A DNA stretch of 64,000 nucleotides from Trichodelitschia bisporula (Eukaryota), in contig ML996695.1 in assembly GCA_010356995.1 (NCBI GenBank), positions 133,061 through 197,060 on the forward strand, written 5' to 3'. Positions 24,703-36,382 of the stretch are shown piece after piece. The position numbers and the translations under genes were made by a program. Under the pieces are notes generated by a model that saw nothing but the letters and a program-made list of their open reading frames with translations, was not told where the DNA came from and ran no database searches. The stretch's first letter is position 1. Each line of letters opens with the position of its first letter.

Positions 24703-25818
24703 ATGGGGGGCAAATCCGCAAACAAGGCCGCTTACTTTGATGTACGTACAATCCCGGAATTCGAGGGTTCAGTGCTAACAGCCCTCTAGAAGCTCAAGAC
24801 TCTGTTCGAGACGTACAGGTCGATGTTAGTAGAGTGTGGATGGGCTGCGATATCGAAACGCTGATGACGAGGTAGCTTCATTGTGACGGTCGACAATGTC
24901 TCGTCTCAGCAGATGCACGAGATCCGTATCGCCCTCCGCGGCGAGGGCGTTGTGCTGATGGGCAAGAACACCATGTAAGTCTGCGAATGAGCGCCCATAA
25001 TCGGCGCGTTGCGATTATTAGACACTAATGATCTCAGGGTGCGCCGCGCCATCAAGGGGTTCCTTGCGGATGGCAGCCTGCCGGACATTGAGCGTCTCCT
25101 GCCGCACGTCAAGGGCAACGTTGGCTTCGTCTTCACCAACAACGAGCTCAAGGAGATTCGTGACAAGATTCTGTCCAATCGCGTCGCCGCCCCTGCCCGT
25201 GCCGGTGCCGTTGCGCCTGCGGATGTGTACGTGCCGGCTGGTAACACTGGCATGGAGCCCGGCAAGACGTCCTTCTTCCAGGCCCTCGGTGTCCCCACCA
25301 AGATTGCCCGTGGTACTATTGAAATCACGACGGATCTGAAGCTCGTCGAGGCTGGCAGCAAGGTCGGTGCCTCCGAGGCTACCCTCCTGAACATGTTGAA
25401 CATCTCCCCCTTCACGTACGGTATGGGCATCTCGCAGATCTACGACCAGGGTCAGACTTTCGAGCCCAACGTTCTTGACATTGAGGAGAGCCAGCTTCTT
25501 GCTGCTTTCAGCTCTGCCATCAACACGATTGCGACTATCTCCCTGGCTGTTGGCTACCCGACCCTTCCTTCGGTCATCCACTCGCTCGTCAACTCGTACA
25601 AGAACGTTCTGTCGGTTGCGCTCGAGACCGACTACTCTTGGGAGGGCATTGATGAGCTCAAGGACCGCATCGCCAACCCCGACAAGTACGCTGGCTCCGC
25701 ACCGGCTGCTACGTCTGGCGGCGGCGGCTCTGCTCCGGCTGCGGAGGCTGCCCCGGCTGCGGCCGAGGAGGAAGAGGAGGCCTCAGATGAGGACATGGGC
25801 TTCGGCTTGTTCGATTAA
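24703..25818 (+). CDS. RPP0: 60S acidic ribosomal protein P0 (uL10), 3 introns
   Basis: [73 protein letters not shown]-terminus [11 protein letters not shown]. Confidence 0.98.
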
Positions 25819-26301
25819 AGCGGTCTGACTGGGTAATTTGGCGGACCTTACATGATATCCATGGAATAGATGCCGAATTATGACCACTTATGACTCCCTG
25901 ACTGTTGCTCACGGTGATGTTCTAGCTTGACCTCAGTCAGCCAAACATCAATTTTAAGGTATGTGGTCTTCACTTTCTTCTTGCTTTGCACATGATTACT
26001 CCTTTTTAACCCTGAGATCTCGATGAGGATCATAAACAACAACAACATTCTAATTTTTTTATGACGCACACCCACTCTTTCAGCGTTGCATTTGATATGG
26101 GGTGAAGCCTGGCTGACTTGAGAATAGGATGTAGCGTCGCCACTAACCACCAACCGTACATTTGCCCACCGTTAGAGTACCTTTGGGGTTCCCGAGTCCG
26201 TAGCGAGGTGATGAAAGGATTTGGATTTTAGAGCCGTCTCTGGTATTCCCGACCAGCAATTAGATACACGTAACCAATTCATATCCAAACCCGTCTGGTG
26301 C

Positions 26302-27104
26302 CTACTTCGCCTCATGCCCCGCCGGCGGCTTAATCCACTCCTTCGCCTCAGCAAGCGTCTTCTCCATCTGCGCCTTATCCTTAATCATCTCCTTCATAGT
26401 ATGCGGCGACGGCACATGCCTTCCCTTTTCAACACCCGGCCTCGCCAGCATGCGCTCCTCCCACGCCTTCAACGCCGGGAACTCATCGATATCAACCCCC
26501 GCCCACCCAGCCGCGGCCACCCACCCCCACGTCGAGATATCGGCGATCGTGCACTTGCCCCCAACCAGATACTCCTTGTTTCCGTCAGCGAGATGAAGGT
26601 CGAGCACGCCGTACAGCCTTTTCGTTTCTTCCTGGTAGCGCGCGACGCCGTAGGGTATTTTCTCCGGCGCGTACCGGTGGAAATGGTTCGCTTGGCCTTG
26701 CATCGGCCCCAAGCCGGCATTTTGGAAGAAGAGCCAGTTCGTCACTTCGATGGATTCGCGGGACCCGGGCGGGAAGGAGATTAGGTGGTTGGGGTCGTAG
26801 CGCGAGACGAGATACTGCAGGATGGAGCCGGATTCGAAGACGCGGATGGTTTGGCCGTCGGTGAAGGTATCTGTTAGGGCGGGGATGCGGCCGTTGGGGT
26901 TGATTTCGAGGAACCAGGGTTCTTTTTGCTCGTTGGTTTTGAAGGAGAGTTGGCGCACTTTGTAGGGGAGGCTGTAGGAGGTTAGACTTGATGGGTGGTG
27001 TTATGGGGGGGGGGAGGGGTGTACCCGAGTTCTTCGAGCGCGATGGAGGCTTTGATTCCGTTGGGGGTTTGCGCGGTGTACAATGTGATGTTGGGGGAAG
27101 TCAT
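26302..27104 (-). CDS. Glutathione S-transferase (Ure2p-like/GstA type); intron 26972-27024
   Basis: LYTAQTPNGIKASIALEELGLPY, QKEPWFLEINPNGRIPALTD, FESGSILQYL, GLGPMQGQANHF, YLVGGKCTIADISTWGW. Confidence 0.95.
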
Positions 27105-28069
27105 TGTGCTGATTCGGGACTAGTTGAATGGAATTGAGTGTCTGGATAGGATGGAGATGGGGAATGAGGGTCGTGGGGCTGCGCGAAGGGCGTATATATG
27201 TCCCCCGCACGTCCCGCGCGCCGTGTATGCGTGCCTTACGATGAGTGAAGTCATGAGGGTTTGCTTAGAAATGCGCAAGCGGCTCCCCGCATATGACGCC
27301 ACCGATGGTTCGGCCGCTAAGTGCCGGCGGGATAAGTCAGCATGCTGGGACTGGGATGGGGGGTGTTATCGATGTACGTGGGAGACTGTGTAGGCGCATC
27401 GCTGTGGTGTTTAATGGATTGAGGTTGTTGGTGGATCAAGATGTGGTGCTCTGCTTGTTCGTATTGGCGGAGGGAGTAACCTTATGGATCTGGGTTCGTT
27501 ACGCAGCAGCGGCAACCTACGGCTGCTTGTTCAGCAGTTGCTGATGCAGCATCACAGCTTTTGATCGCAACTTGAATACCTAATCAAGATGGTTATGGTG
27601 TTGCAAGCTCCGTAGTCGCCTTCGGTGTCACCTCTGCGAAGCCGGATGATGCTTACTGCTCCAAGGATGTGCAGTACAGGTATTCAAGCTACTTTGTATG
27701 TTTTGTAGAGTTCTATTCAGGCGAGCAGCTTATATCGAATGTTACTCTCAACGTAGAATAGCTGAGCGCTCTGCCATGCAGAAACTGAAGTCGATCGCGT
27801 CCTCAAAGGTGCGTCGGAGACTCGGTGTTTCGGCCTGAGACATCGACGAGGCTAACGAGGTGCCACTTGCACCGCCTCAATATGCCCTTCCCTTAGGGAA
27901 CAAACAACCCCCGACTCCTTGCACACTTCCAACATAGATTGCCGCCCACTCAAAACTGCCACGCCGCAGTTTGTCAGTCTCCGTTCACCTTCACATACAC
28001 GACTGTGATTCTCCGCTTACCTCCCTATCCCCGCTGAACACTCATCACCACCGTCTTACCCTCGTCACA

Positions 28070-28789
28070 ATGGAGGCCTTCAGCGTCGCGATGACCAACC
28101 GCGCCCTGCGCACCATCAAGGCGGTAAGTGACCACTCTCTGCTTCTCTCCCCTCCTTAATAACACCCCAAGGAACTCGACTTCCTCGCCGACACCTCCGC
28201 CATCACCCCCGCGCAGCTACGCACCATCCTCGCCCAACTGCCGACCGAAACCAGCGTCGCTCCAACCCCCGCCTTCAACACCCTCTCCCTCGCGGAGCAG
28301 ACGCCCTCGCCTGCCCCCACCCCCGCGAACGAGAAGGCGCACGGCTACTACACCGCTCCAGCGCACCACAACCCTCCACCCGCCTACCCCGTCGCCCCCG
28401 CCCCGCCCGCAGCGCCCCCCCTCGCGCACGCCGTCGCACTGTACGCATACAGCGGCGCCGACGCCGGTGATCTACCCTTGCAGCCTAACGACCGGGTCGT
28501 AGTCACGGAGTACATGAACGCGGAGTGGTGGAAGGGGCGTAACGAGCGGTCGGGCATGGAGGGAATTTTCCCGCGGACCTACGTGCGGGTGGAGGAGAAG
28601 GCCCAGGGGAGCGGGTATGGCAATATGCCGCTCGAGGTGAGCCAGGGAGGGGGACAAGCTGCTGAAGGGGATGGGAAGGCGGGCAAGGGCGCGGAGATGG
28701 GGAAGAAGATTGGGAAGAAGCTTGGGAATGCGGCTATCTTTGGGGCGGGGGCGACGATTGGATCGAATATTGTCAACAGTGTGTTTTAG
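28070..28789 (+). CDS. SH3-domain protein, LSB1/PIN3-like; intron 28124-28171
   Basis: AVALYAY..DAGDLPLQPNDRVVVTEYMNAEWWKGRN..EGIFPRTYV SH3 domain; C-terminus KKIGKKLGNAAIFGAGATIGSNIVNSVF. Confidence 0.9.
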
Positions 28790-29212
28790 GGTGGTGGCGC
28801 GCTGGGCTGGGGAGAGGATTGGGCGTTGTGGTTGTGGGTTGTTGATGGCATATCGGACTGTCTACCTTCGTAGTTATGTGTCTCAAAGAGTAAACGGATC
28901 AAGGCAAATTGAATTTAAGCATGTCGTAGGCGTACGGCTGAGAAATTATGCACAGTGACCTGTCTATAAAGTCTCATGTGTCTACAGGATGTCTGCTCAA
29001 GGTCGCCGTGGCGTTCATGGTGTTTGCTGCCCCACCGCCCCGCGGTGCCTGGCCGACGAACGCCACACCCGCACCAGCCACGGCATTTTGCGACCTCAAG
29101 CGGACTTGACCTCATATTTTCGATCCACAAAGCGCAACAACAACAACAACATCAAGTCCGCAACCTACCCTCAGCACCCAGAAGTAATCAGCAACCAACC
29201 ACCGATCCCAAC

Positions 29213-30290
29213 ATGGCGATTACCATCCTCCCGCCCCCGCCCGCCCAGCTCGTAAACTACGATGTCTCAGACTCAGAAGACGAAGACATGCCCGATGCCC
29301 AAGGCGACATCGACATGGAAGGCGCCGTGCGCGGCTCCAAGCGCCCCCGCACATCCGGACACCACATAGTAACCCCCGGCGAGCTCATCGCCGACGACAC
29401 GCAGTGGATGCGGTAAGCCCCCCTTCCCCCCATCAAGGCAACCCAGACTAACCCCCAAAAGCGGCCACGGCACCTACCACCCCCCCTCCTCGACCGCAAT
29501 CCACGCCTCCGTTGCAGGCACCATCCTGAAGACCAACAAACTTCTCAGCGTCATCCCGCTGCGCGCGCGCTACGTCCCGGAGATCGGCGATCTGATCGTC
29601 GGGCGGATTATTGAGGTGCAGGCGCGCAGGTGGAAAGTCGATGTTGCGGCGCCGTTGCTGGCGGCGCTGCCGCTGAGTGGGATCAATCTCCCGGGGGGGA
29701 TTCTAAGGCGCAGGACGGCGGTGGATGAGTTGAATATACGGAGTTTCTTTACGGAGGGGGATTTGTTGGTTGCGGAGGTGCAGAGCGTGTATGAATCTGG
29801 CATGGCGGTGTTGCATACGCGGAGTTTGAGGTACGGGAAGTTGAGGAATGGGTTCTTCATGAGTGTGTCCGGGACGGGGGGCGGGGCGGGCGCGCGACGC
29901 GGCGGTGTCGCCAGAAGTCGGAGACAGGTATTCACGCTTACGACTGGGCGGGGCGGTGGCGAAGTCGATGTCATTCTCGGCGTCAATGGTTTTATCTGGA
30001 TTTCGAAGCACGTCGAGGCGCCGAAGGAGGTGGGCATTACGAGGCTGGAGGAGAGCGTCAGCTACGAGATGTACTCGAGCACGAATGATGATATTGCGCC
30101 GGAGACGAGGAGGGAGATTGGCCGCGTTGCCGGGTGTGTGCGCGCGTTGGTGGAGGCGGGGAAGCGCGTGGATGAGGATTTGGTTGTTAGGGCGTATGAG
30201 GCGGCGCTGGAGGGGGATGAGGAGGGGGAGGGGGGGTATCTTGGGGGGGAGAGGGGGAGGTTTGTTGTTGAGGCGGCGATGGTGGGGTAG
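29213..30290 (+). CDS. RRP4: Exosome complex component Rrp4; intron 29413-29461
   Basis: [93 protein letters not shown]. Confidence 0.96.
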
Positions 30291-31060
30291 GTTGAGGGTG
30301 GAATTGAGACCCGGTTACGCGTGGGGGGTACATGGCGAGGCTTACGGAGATACAGACCTTAATGATCCTCCCGTGATCGTGATGGGCGATCTTTTGCTCC
30401 ATCTGCCTGTCATGAAGCATGGCGTACAGTACCATGGGGGGCAAGACATCTCGCACCTCCCGCCCCCCCACCCCATTACACCACGAACTCAATTCAGCAC
30501 TGTCTCGCCTTCCTCGCATGAGACAACCAAGGTACCATCCCATCCGCGTCCCCCACAAGCCCGCCCGACATCACCCCATATCGCGTACCACATCCCCACC
30601 CCCGCCCTACGGATGTACAACAATTCCATCCCCGACATTCCACCCCGGAATGCCGCGCTCGCCAACCCACCGTGCCCACCCACCGAGTCTGCGTACCAAC
30701 ACCCAGACGCAGCCCCCTTTCAGCACGCCCAGGCACCAGGTGCGCCTCGCCACCGCCATTCCACCGTCGAAAACGCAGAGAGGCGAAGACCTGCGAAGAT
30801 AAGATACCCCGCGTGTTAAAATGAAGTGTGAACTTGAATGAGTTGCTTTACTAACTAGCAGTAGGAAGTGAGCTGACTATATACATCGCCGGGAGACGAC
30901 CCCTGTCTCCTGGCTCCACTCCAGCCACCCCAGGTTGCCACCACAAATCCAACACCGCGGTGCCCGGTCGCGGGCGCGTGGCGGTTTGCCCCGCTCCATT
31001 CCCATCGTCTGCAGCTCCCATACTGCCCTTCACGTAGAGCAAGGGAGAGATATCAATGTC

Positions 31061-31982
31061 ATGCTTCTCCCCCTCCCCATCTTCTTCTTGTTCCTCAGCA
31101 GCGGCCTAGCCGTGCCGGTTTGCCAGGGGGGATGTTGGAACGCGTCGCTCCCTCTCGGCAACACTAACACCACTTCCACTTCAAACCTCACCTCCCTACC
31201 CAGCCTCGCCATATCAACCTGCACCCCCGGCGTCACAATGTGTGTGCATCTGCTAAACCTCTGCGGCGCGCAAACACGCGGGTCCGTCTTTCCCCCCTTT
31301 CCCATCCCCATCTTAACGCTCCCCCTCTCCCTTTTCTTCACGAACCCCCCTTCGTAGATGCTTCCACACCTGCCACCCGACGACATACACCCTCCCCCCG
31401 TGTCCCTCGTCCTCGCCCCACCACTCAACCTTAACGAGCCGCACGACGGTCACGGCACGTTCGTGTCTCACTCCGCTAGAAGTGCCGGTGGTTAAGCTTG
31501 TGATGGCGACGAGTGAAAGTTTGCCCCCGTTGAAGGGGATCGCGAGTGCGGTGTTGGGGGGGATGCTCAATCCCGATCCGGTCACGACGACTACGGCGAG
31601 TGTGGAGGCGACCGGGGGGACGGCGGGTGGGATCGTGGCTGCGGGGCTTGACGACCCGGGCACGACGGTAAATCCGGCCACGGCACCCGACCCGACCCCT
31701 CCGCCCACGCCCACGCCCGCAGCTACCTCACCCGCAAACACAGTCACGCCACCCGCAGCGTCAAACACGCCCCCAACATGCGGAACGAAGGCCGTATGCG
31801 TAGACTACGTAAACCGCGCATGTATGCCCGCGGTGCGGTACGGAGGGTACGTTTCCTTCCCACCGTGTAGAACTAGTGAGCGTGGGAAAAGGCTGGCACG
31901 GCGCAGGTGCTACGATGTATGCCGCGGTGATCCTGAGAGCATATTTCCTGTTAAGGCGTGTCCGACTGATAGTTCTAGTTAG
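31061..31982 (+). CDS. Secreted protein with two 6-Cys modules joined by a Thr/Pro-rich linker; introns 31282-31357 and 31847-31906
   Basis: Signal peptide MLLPLPIFFLFLSSGLAVP. Modules TCTPGVTMCVHLLNLCGAQTRG|CFHTCHPTTYTLPPCP and TCGTKAVCVDYVNRACMPAVRYGG|CYDVCRGDPESIFPVKACP; splicing keeps the frame. Confidence 0.72.
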
Positions 31983-32111
31983 TGACGAATGGGAAAGGGG
32001 GGACGGGGGTATATGCTTGGATTGAATTGCGGGGGGCGTAGCTAGGGTCGCTGTATGTTTCCTTCCATTGATGCAGTACACCGTGCCATGCTCCAAATGC
32101 GAACATGCGGC

Positions 32112-34691
32112 CTACTCCCGTCCCTGCGGCGTCGCCCCTAGTACCCACCCCAAGCCAGACACCAACCCGCCCGTAACAGCATTAGCAACCAAATCCCTCT
32201 TCCGCACGCGCTCGTGCTCGTCCAAACTGCCCGCCTCACTGCCCGCCTTCTCCATTTCCCTACCACCACCGATACCCCCTCCCCCTCCCCCTCCCCCAAC
32301 CCCACCCCCCCTCAACGGAAACGCCCCCCTAACAACCCCCCCCACCGCCCCCCTCGCAACATCAAACAACCCCACCGGCCCCTCCCCTACCACCCCGCGC
32401 CCAACCTCTCGTCTCGGCTGGACCATCGCCTCCATGAACCCGCCCGGCATGCCTGTCGTATCCCTCACGTTCACATCATCGTCCTGCGCTGCTAAGGCGG
32501 TGAGTTCCTCCTCTGCTTTCCGCCATGCGGTTAGAATTTCAATGACAGCGCTCGGAGGGGCGAGGAGCAGTGCTTGGGACAGGAGTTCGAGGCGTTGTTC
32601 CAGTCGCCGCGAGGGGGGGCCGGCGGAGGAGGTTGGGGGGGCGCGGTGCCGTCCCGCCGCGAGGGCGGCGCGCCAGGAGAGGTCGTCTGCGTCCTTCCCC
32701 TCTGCGTCTGAGGTGGCCCCGGGCGATACACCAAGCCTATTCACAACATAGCTGTACGCCGTCTCAAAATCATCCTCCCTGAGCGCCGCTTCAATCGCCA
32801 TTGCCGTAACCCTCCTTTCCGTCCCCCTCCCCTCAATCTCCGGGTCCGCGGCTGCAGCCAGATGCGCGCCTATGGAGAGCAGGTCGTCGAGCCGGGTATA
32901 CGCCCCCGGATTCTGAGAAAGCAGGCGCTCGAGCAGCGCAATGGGGTCGGGCGAGGCGCGGATATTGACCGGCCGGAAAGGGAGGCCGTGGGGCAGGGAC
33001 AGGGAGTAGAAGGAGAGGGAGTGGGTTGCGGCTAGCAGGTGCTCGGTGCGGGCGAAGGGGGGGGAGGAGGGGAAGAAGGGGCGGAGGGAGGTTAGGGTTG
33101 CGGAGGCGCGGGCGAGGGCGCCGCGGTGCCGGTTGCCGTTGCTGGCGCTGTCGTAGGTTTGGAGGGTGGAGGAGATTATTGTGGTTTCGATGGTTGCGGA
33201 TGGGAGGGGGGGAGTGGGGGGTTGGATATAGGTGGTGATTACGAGGGTGTGGTGGCCGGTGGCGAGGAAGGACTTGAGGAGTTCGGTTTCTAGAACGGTG
33301 GGCGAGATGTGCGTGAATAGGCCTGCTGAGCTGCCCCAGCTGCGCAGCCAGAGGAGGTGAGACCGGATCTTTATCCATTCTGCGTCGTCGCGGTTTGAGC
33401 TCGAGAGGACGTGCAGGATGCGCTGGAGGATGCTGAGTTGCTCTTCGGCCGTGGAACAGAGGCGTATTTTCGCGGCGTCGGCGATGGAGACGGTATGCCC
33501 TAGCCCCATGAGGAGATGCGCGGAGAACACGAGGAGCTGGAGGAGGCGGAAGGCGTCTGCGGAAGGTGTCGTTAGTGCCGCGTCGCGTTCAAGGAGGAAA
33601 GCCGGTTCCAGTCCCAGCGGGGCCTGCGAGAGGGGCACGTCTCCGGTTGGCAGTTCGTCGACATGTGCATCCAAAGCACGCGGCCGCGGCGCATCCATCA
33701 AATCCGCTATCCGGATCAAAACCCGATACGCACAGCCAACCGTAGCCGTCGAAGCTTCCCGTGCCGCAAAAACCGCCGCAAACGCCGTCTGCACATAGCG
33801 TCTCTGCAGCCTCCTCTCCAGCTCTTCATCCAGATAACGCCCCTCACGATACCCCCCAAAATCGACATCCGCCGGCCCGCCCCACGTCTCAATAGCCTCC
33901 GCCACGATAGGGAACCGATCCACAGCATTATGCACCATCCACACAAACGCCGCCTCCCACTCATGTCCCGTCCCCTCACTCTCGCCCTGCTCTAGCTTGA
34001 GCCCCGTATTCAACCTCCTCCTCTTCCTTTGCCCATCCCCAAGCACCCACGGCCCAGCCAAACCCCTCAAATCCCGCGCCAACCCGCCCTCTCCCGCCCG
34101 CCGCAGCAAAAATCCGACCCCGCCATCTGCACCCACGTATTCCGTCTGCTCCAGCGCAAGCGCGACGCCCTCGGCGGGGTAATATTCGTACCCGAGGCGC
34201 AAGAGCGGCAGTACCGTCGAGACGTACCACGTGCAAAGGAACTCCGAGCGCGCCAGGAAGGGTTCTACGAGCGGGGTTATGAGTGGTAGGAGGCCGGTCT
34301 CCGTATCGATGCGGTGCGCGCGGTGGATGAGGAACTGAACCAGCGGGTCCGGACACAGTGACGCAGGACAGGCGGCGTGCGCGAGGGTGAGAAGCGGTAG
34401 ATTGCGCGCGCGCTTGCGTGCCTTCGCGACGGAGAGCGCGGCCACGGGGCCGGGGTCTACGGCGTCGGTTGCGGGGGGGAGGGTGCCGGAGACGAGGCCG
34501 TCGAGGAAGGGGGTGTAAGAGGGGGGATCGAGGGATTCGGGAAGGTAGGTGAGGAGGATGCGCAGCACGGTCGTTACGGAGAGGGCATCGGGGTTGCCGA
34601 AGGGGAGGGTGCGCAGGGCGGAGATGTTGGCTTCTGAGGTGTAGTGGACGGCGAGGAGGAGGGTGTGGTCTGGAGAGAGGGAGTGGGCCAT
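32112..34691 (-). CDS. SEC39: Sec39-domain protein (Dsl1 tethering complex)
   Basis: About 860-aa single ORF: LRILLTYLPESLDPPSY, QFLIHRAHRIDTETG, DLRGLAGPWVLG, YDSASNGNRHRG, LLAATHSLSFYSL, PFRPVNIR, AMAIEAALREDDFETAYSYVV, C-terminus RVRKRDLVANAVTGGLVSGLGWVLGA. Confidence 0.9.
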   Translation of the reverse strand: MAHSLSPDHTLLLAVHYTSEANISALRTLPFGNPDALSVTTVLRILLTYLPESLDPPSYTPFLDGLVSGTLPPATDAVDPGPVAALSVAKARKRARNLPLLTLAHAACPASLCPDPLVQFLIHRAHRIDTETGLLPLITPLVEPFLARSEFLCTWYVSTVLPLLRLGYEYYPAEGVALALEQTEYVGADGGVGFLLRRAGEGGLARDLRGLAGPWVLGDGQRKRRRLNTGLKLEQGESEGTGHEWEAAFVWMVHNAVDRFPIVAEAIETWGGPADVDFGGYREGRYLDEELERRLQRRYVQTAFAAVFAAREASTATVGCAYRVLIRIADLMDAPRPRALDAHVDELPTGDVPLSQAPLGLEPAFLLERDAALTTPSADAFRLLQLLVFSAHLLMGLGHTVSIADAAKIRLCSTAEEQLSILQRILHVLSSSNRDDAEWIKIRSHLLWLRSWGSSAGLFTHISPTVLETELLKSFLATGHHTLVITTYIQPPTPPLPSATIETTIISSTLQTYDSASNGNRHRGALARASATLTSLRPFFPSSPPFARTEHLLAATHSLSFYSLSLPHGLPFRPVNIRASPDPIALLERLLSQNPGAYTRLDDLLSIGAHLAAAADPEIEGRGTERRVTAMAIEAALREDDFETAYSYVVNRLGVSPGATSDAEGKDADDLSWRAALAAGRHRAPPTSSAGPPSRRLEQRLELLSQALLLAPPSAVIEILTAWRKAEEELTALAAQDDDVNVRDTTGMPGGFMEAMVQPRREVGRGVVGEGPVGLFDVARGAVGGVVRGAFPLRGGGVGGGGGGGGIGGGREMEKAGSEAGSLDEHERVRKRDLVANAVTGGLVSGLGWVLGATPQGRE

Positions 34692-36382
34692 GGTGGAGCT
34701 GGAGAGGAGAGATTTGGATGCTATGTTGAGATGGGAGGGGGGGGCATGGTCCGTAGAGGGCACAATTGGTGTTTAAGGCGCGGGGGTGGTGATGGTGATA
34801 GTTGGCATCATGGCGTAGTGAGCGCCTGATGCTGGCCTTGTCGGCCCGCTGAAATTCCGGGGGGGGGGTCACATGAGACGGCGTTATTGGGGGATGATGA
34901 GGCGGGATTGAGCACGCAAACAAACAAACAAACAACCAGTTTGCAGCGGAATGCGGCTTACATCTGCCCTTTAGCACCTGTCTCCTTGTTTGAGCCTTGA
35001 GGCCGATAAGCAGTCATATCCGCGTCTAGGAGAGCGCACCACGATGTGCAGACGACCGCGTGATCGGGACATCAACCCGGATAGCCCGCAAAGGAAGCTT
35101 CACCTGCCGCGTCCATCTGGTCAAAGCCGCAATTAATAACATGGATTCGGGAATACCGCGCGTGAGAGCACAGGAACAAGGCAATCAGACCCGCTCGGAA
35201 TATTCCAGAAAAGCACTAGCCATTCCCAAACCGCCTCCGCTCAATTTGGGGGCCAGAAAGGGGAGGACGTCACGCTGCCCCCTCAGCCTCGAAGTTTAAC
35301 CCGACCTCCATCCTTCGGCATCCGTATCCTTCATACCCCTCGGCCCGACCGTCGCATTTCGTTCCGCTGGCGTTGACATATGGTTTAGAATAGCCCTGCT
35401 GGCACTTGAGTTACCCGGAACCCTCTCCACGGTATATCCAATGTGGGATCGTCGGGTAGACGCCGTTTCAATCTAGACTCGTAGACTACCTTCATCCTAC
35501 GCTATCCCACTTAGCCACCCAATCTAACCACCATAGTGCAGCATGATGTCCCCGCGTCCGAGGGTTTGGATGCCGCCGAGTCTGCCCGGAAAGATTGCGA
35601 TCGTGGTCTGGAGTATCGGGCTTCACCATTCTATCTCGCATTCGTCTCCTCAACTGTTCCTCGGCTTCGTTGTGAGATTAATCCCCCACCGCGGGCATGG
35701 CATCAAGAGGATCACAACCCCACGACCTTTCCATTACTGCCGAAAGCGGCGCCCTCTCCCCTAACCTCCAAGCCACTCTCACACGCAATGGGATCCAAAA
35801 ATACTCAAATCAGCCCGCGCTAGCCCCTAGCCTCCGCTGAGCACCTCGCTTTTCTAAACGCGGCATTCTAGATGCGGTAACCCAGATGCGGCATCCCAAA
35901 CTCCCTCAAGATACCCAGTACCATTCAACACCTAGTCTGCATCCGCTTCATGTACGTTGTACATCTGCTACTCAGATCGACTGTGGCCCAGTCCCCCCCT
36001 CCGCCCCTCGTATATGCGCCTTAGACGCACCTAGCCGTTTAGTCCGAGGGCGGAGATGGCTGTGCGGCACCGATCGTCGTGCAACACGCTGCCGGGGAAG
36101 AGGGAATCTCCCCGCAGATGGACAGCACTCTGCGCTCACGAATAGTTATACTCCCAACATCACGTCCCAAACACAATCGTAGAAGTAGCCGCAGAATTAG
36201 CCGTAGAAGGTAGCTCAGCAGCCAATATGCCCAAGGGCTTCATTATGTATAATCCCCACACCCCACCCAAACAACATGGTATCCCGCCTAAATGCAGCAA
36301 TGCGCTCTCCAACCCTTCCTCTCCCCAAGCCCCTCCCCTCTGTAGAACCGAAATCCCAAACCCCATTCCCATCTCACCATCG

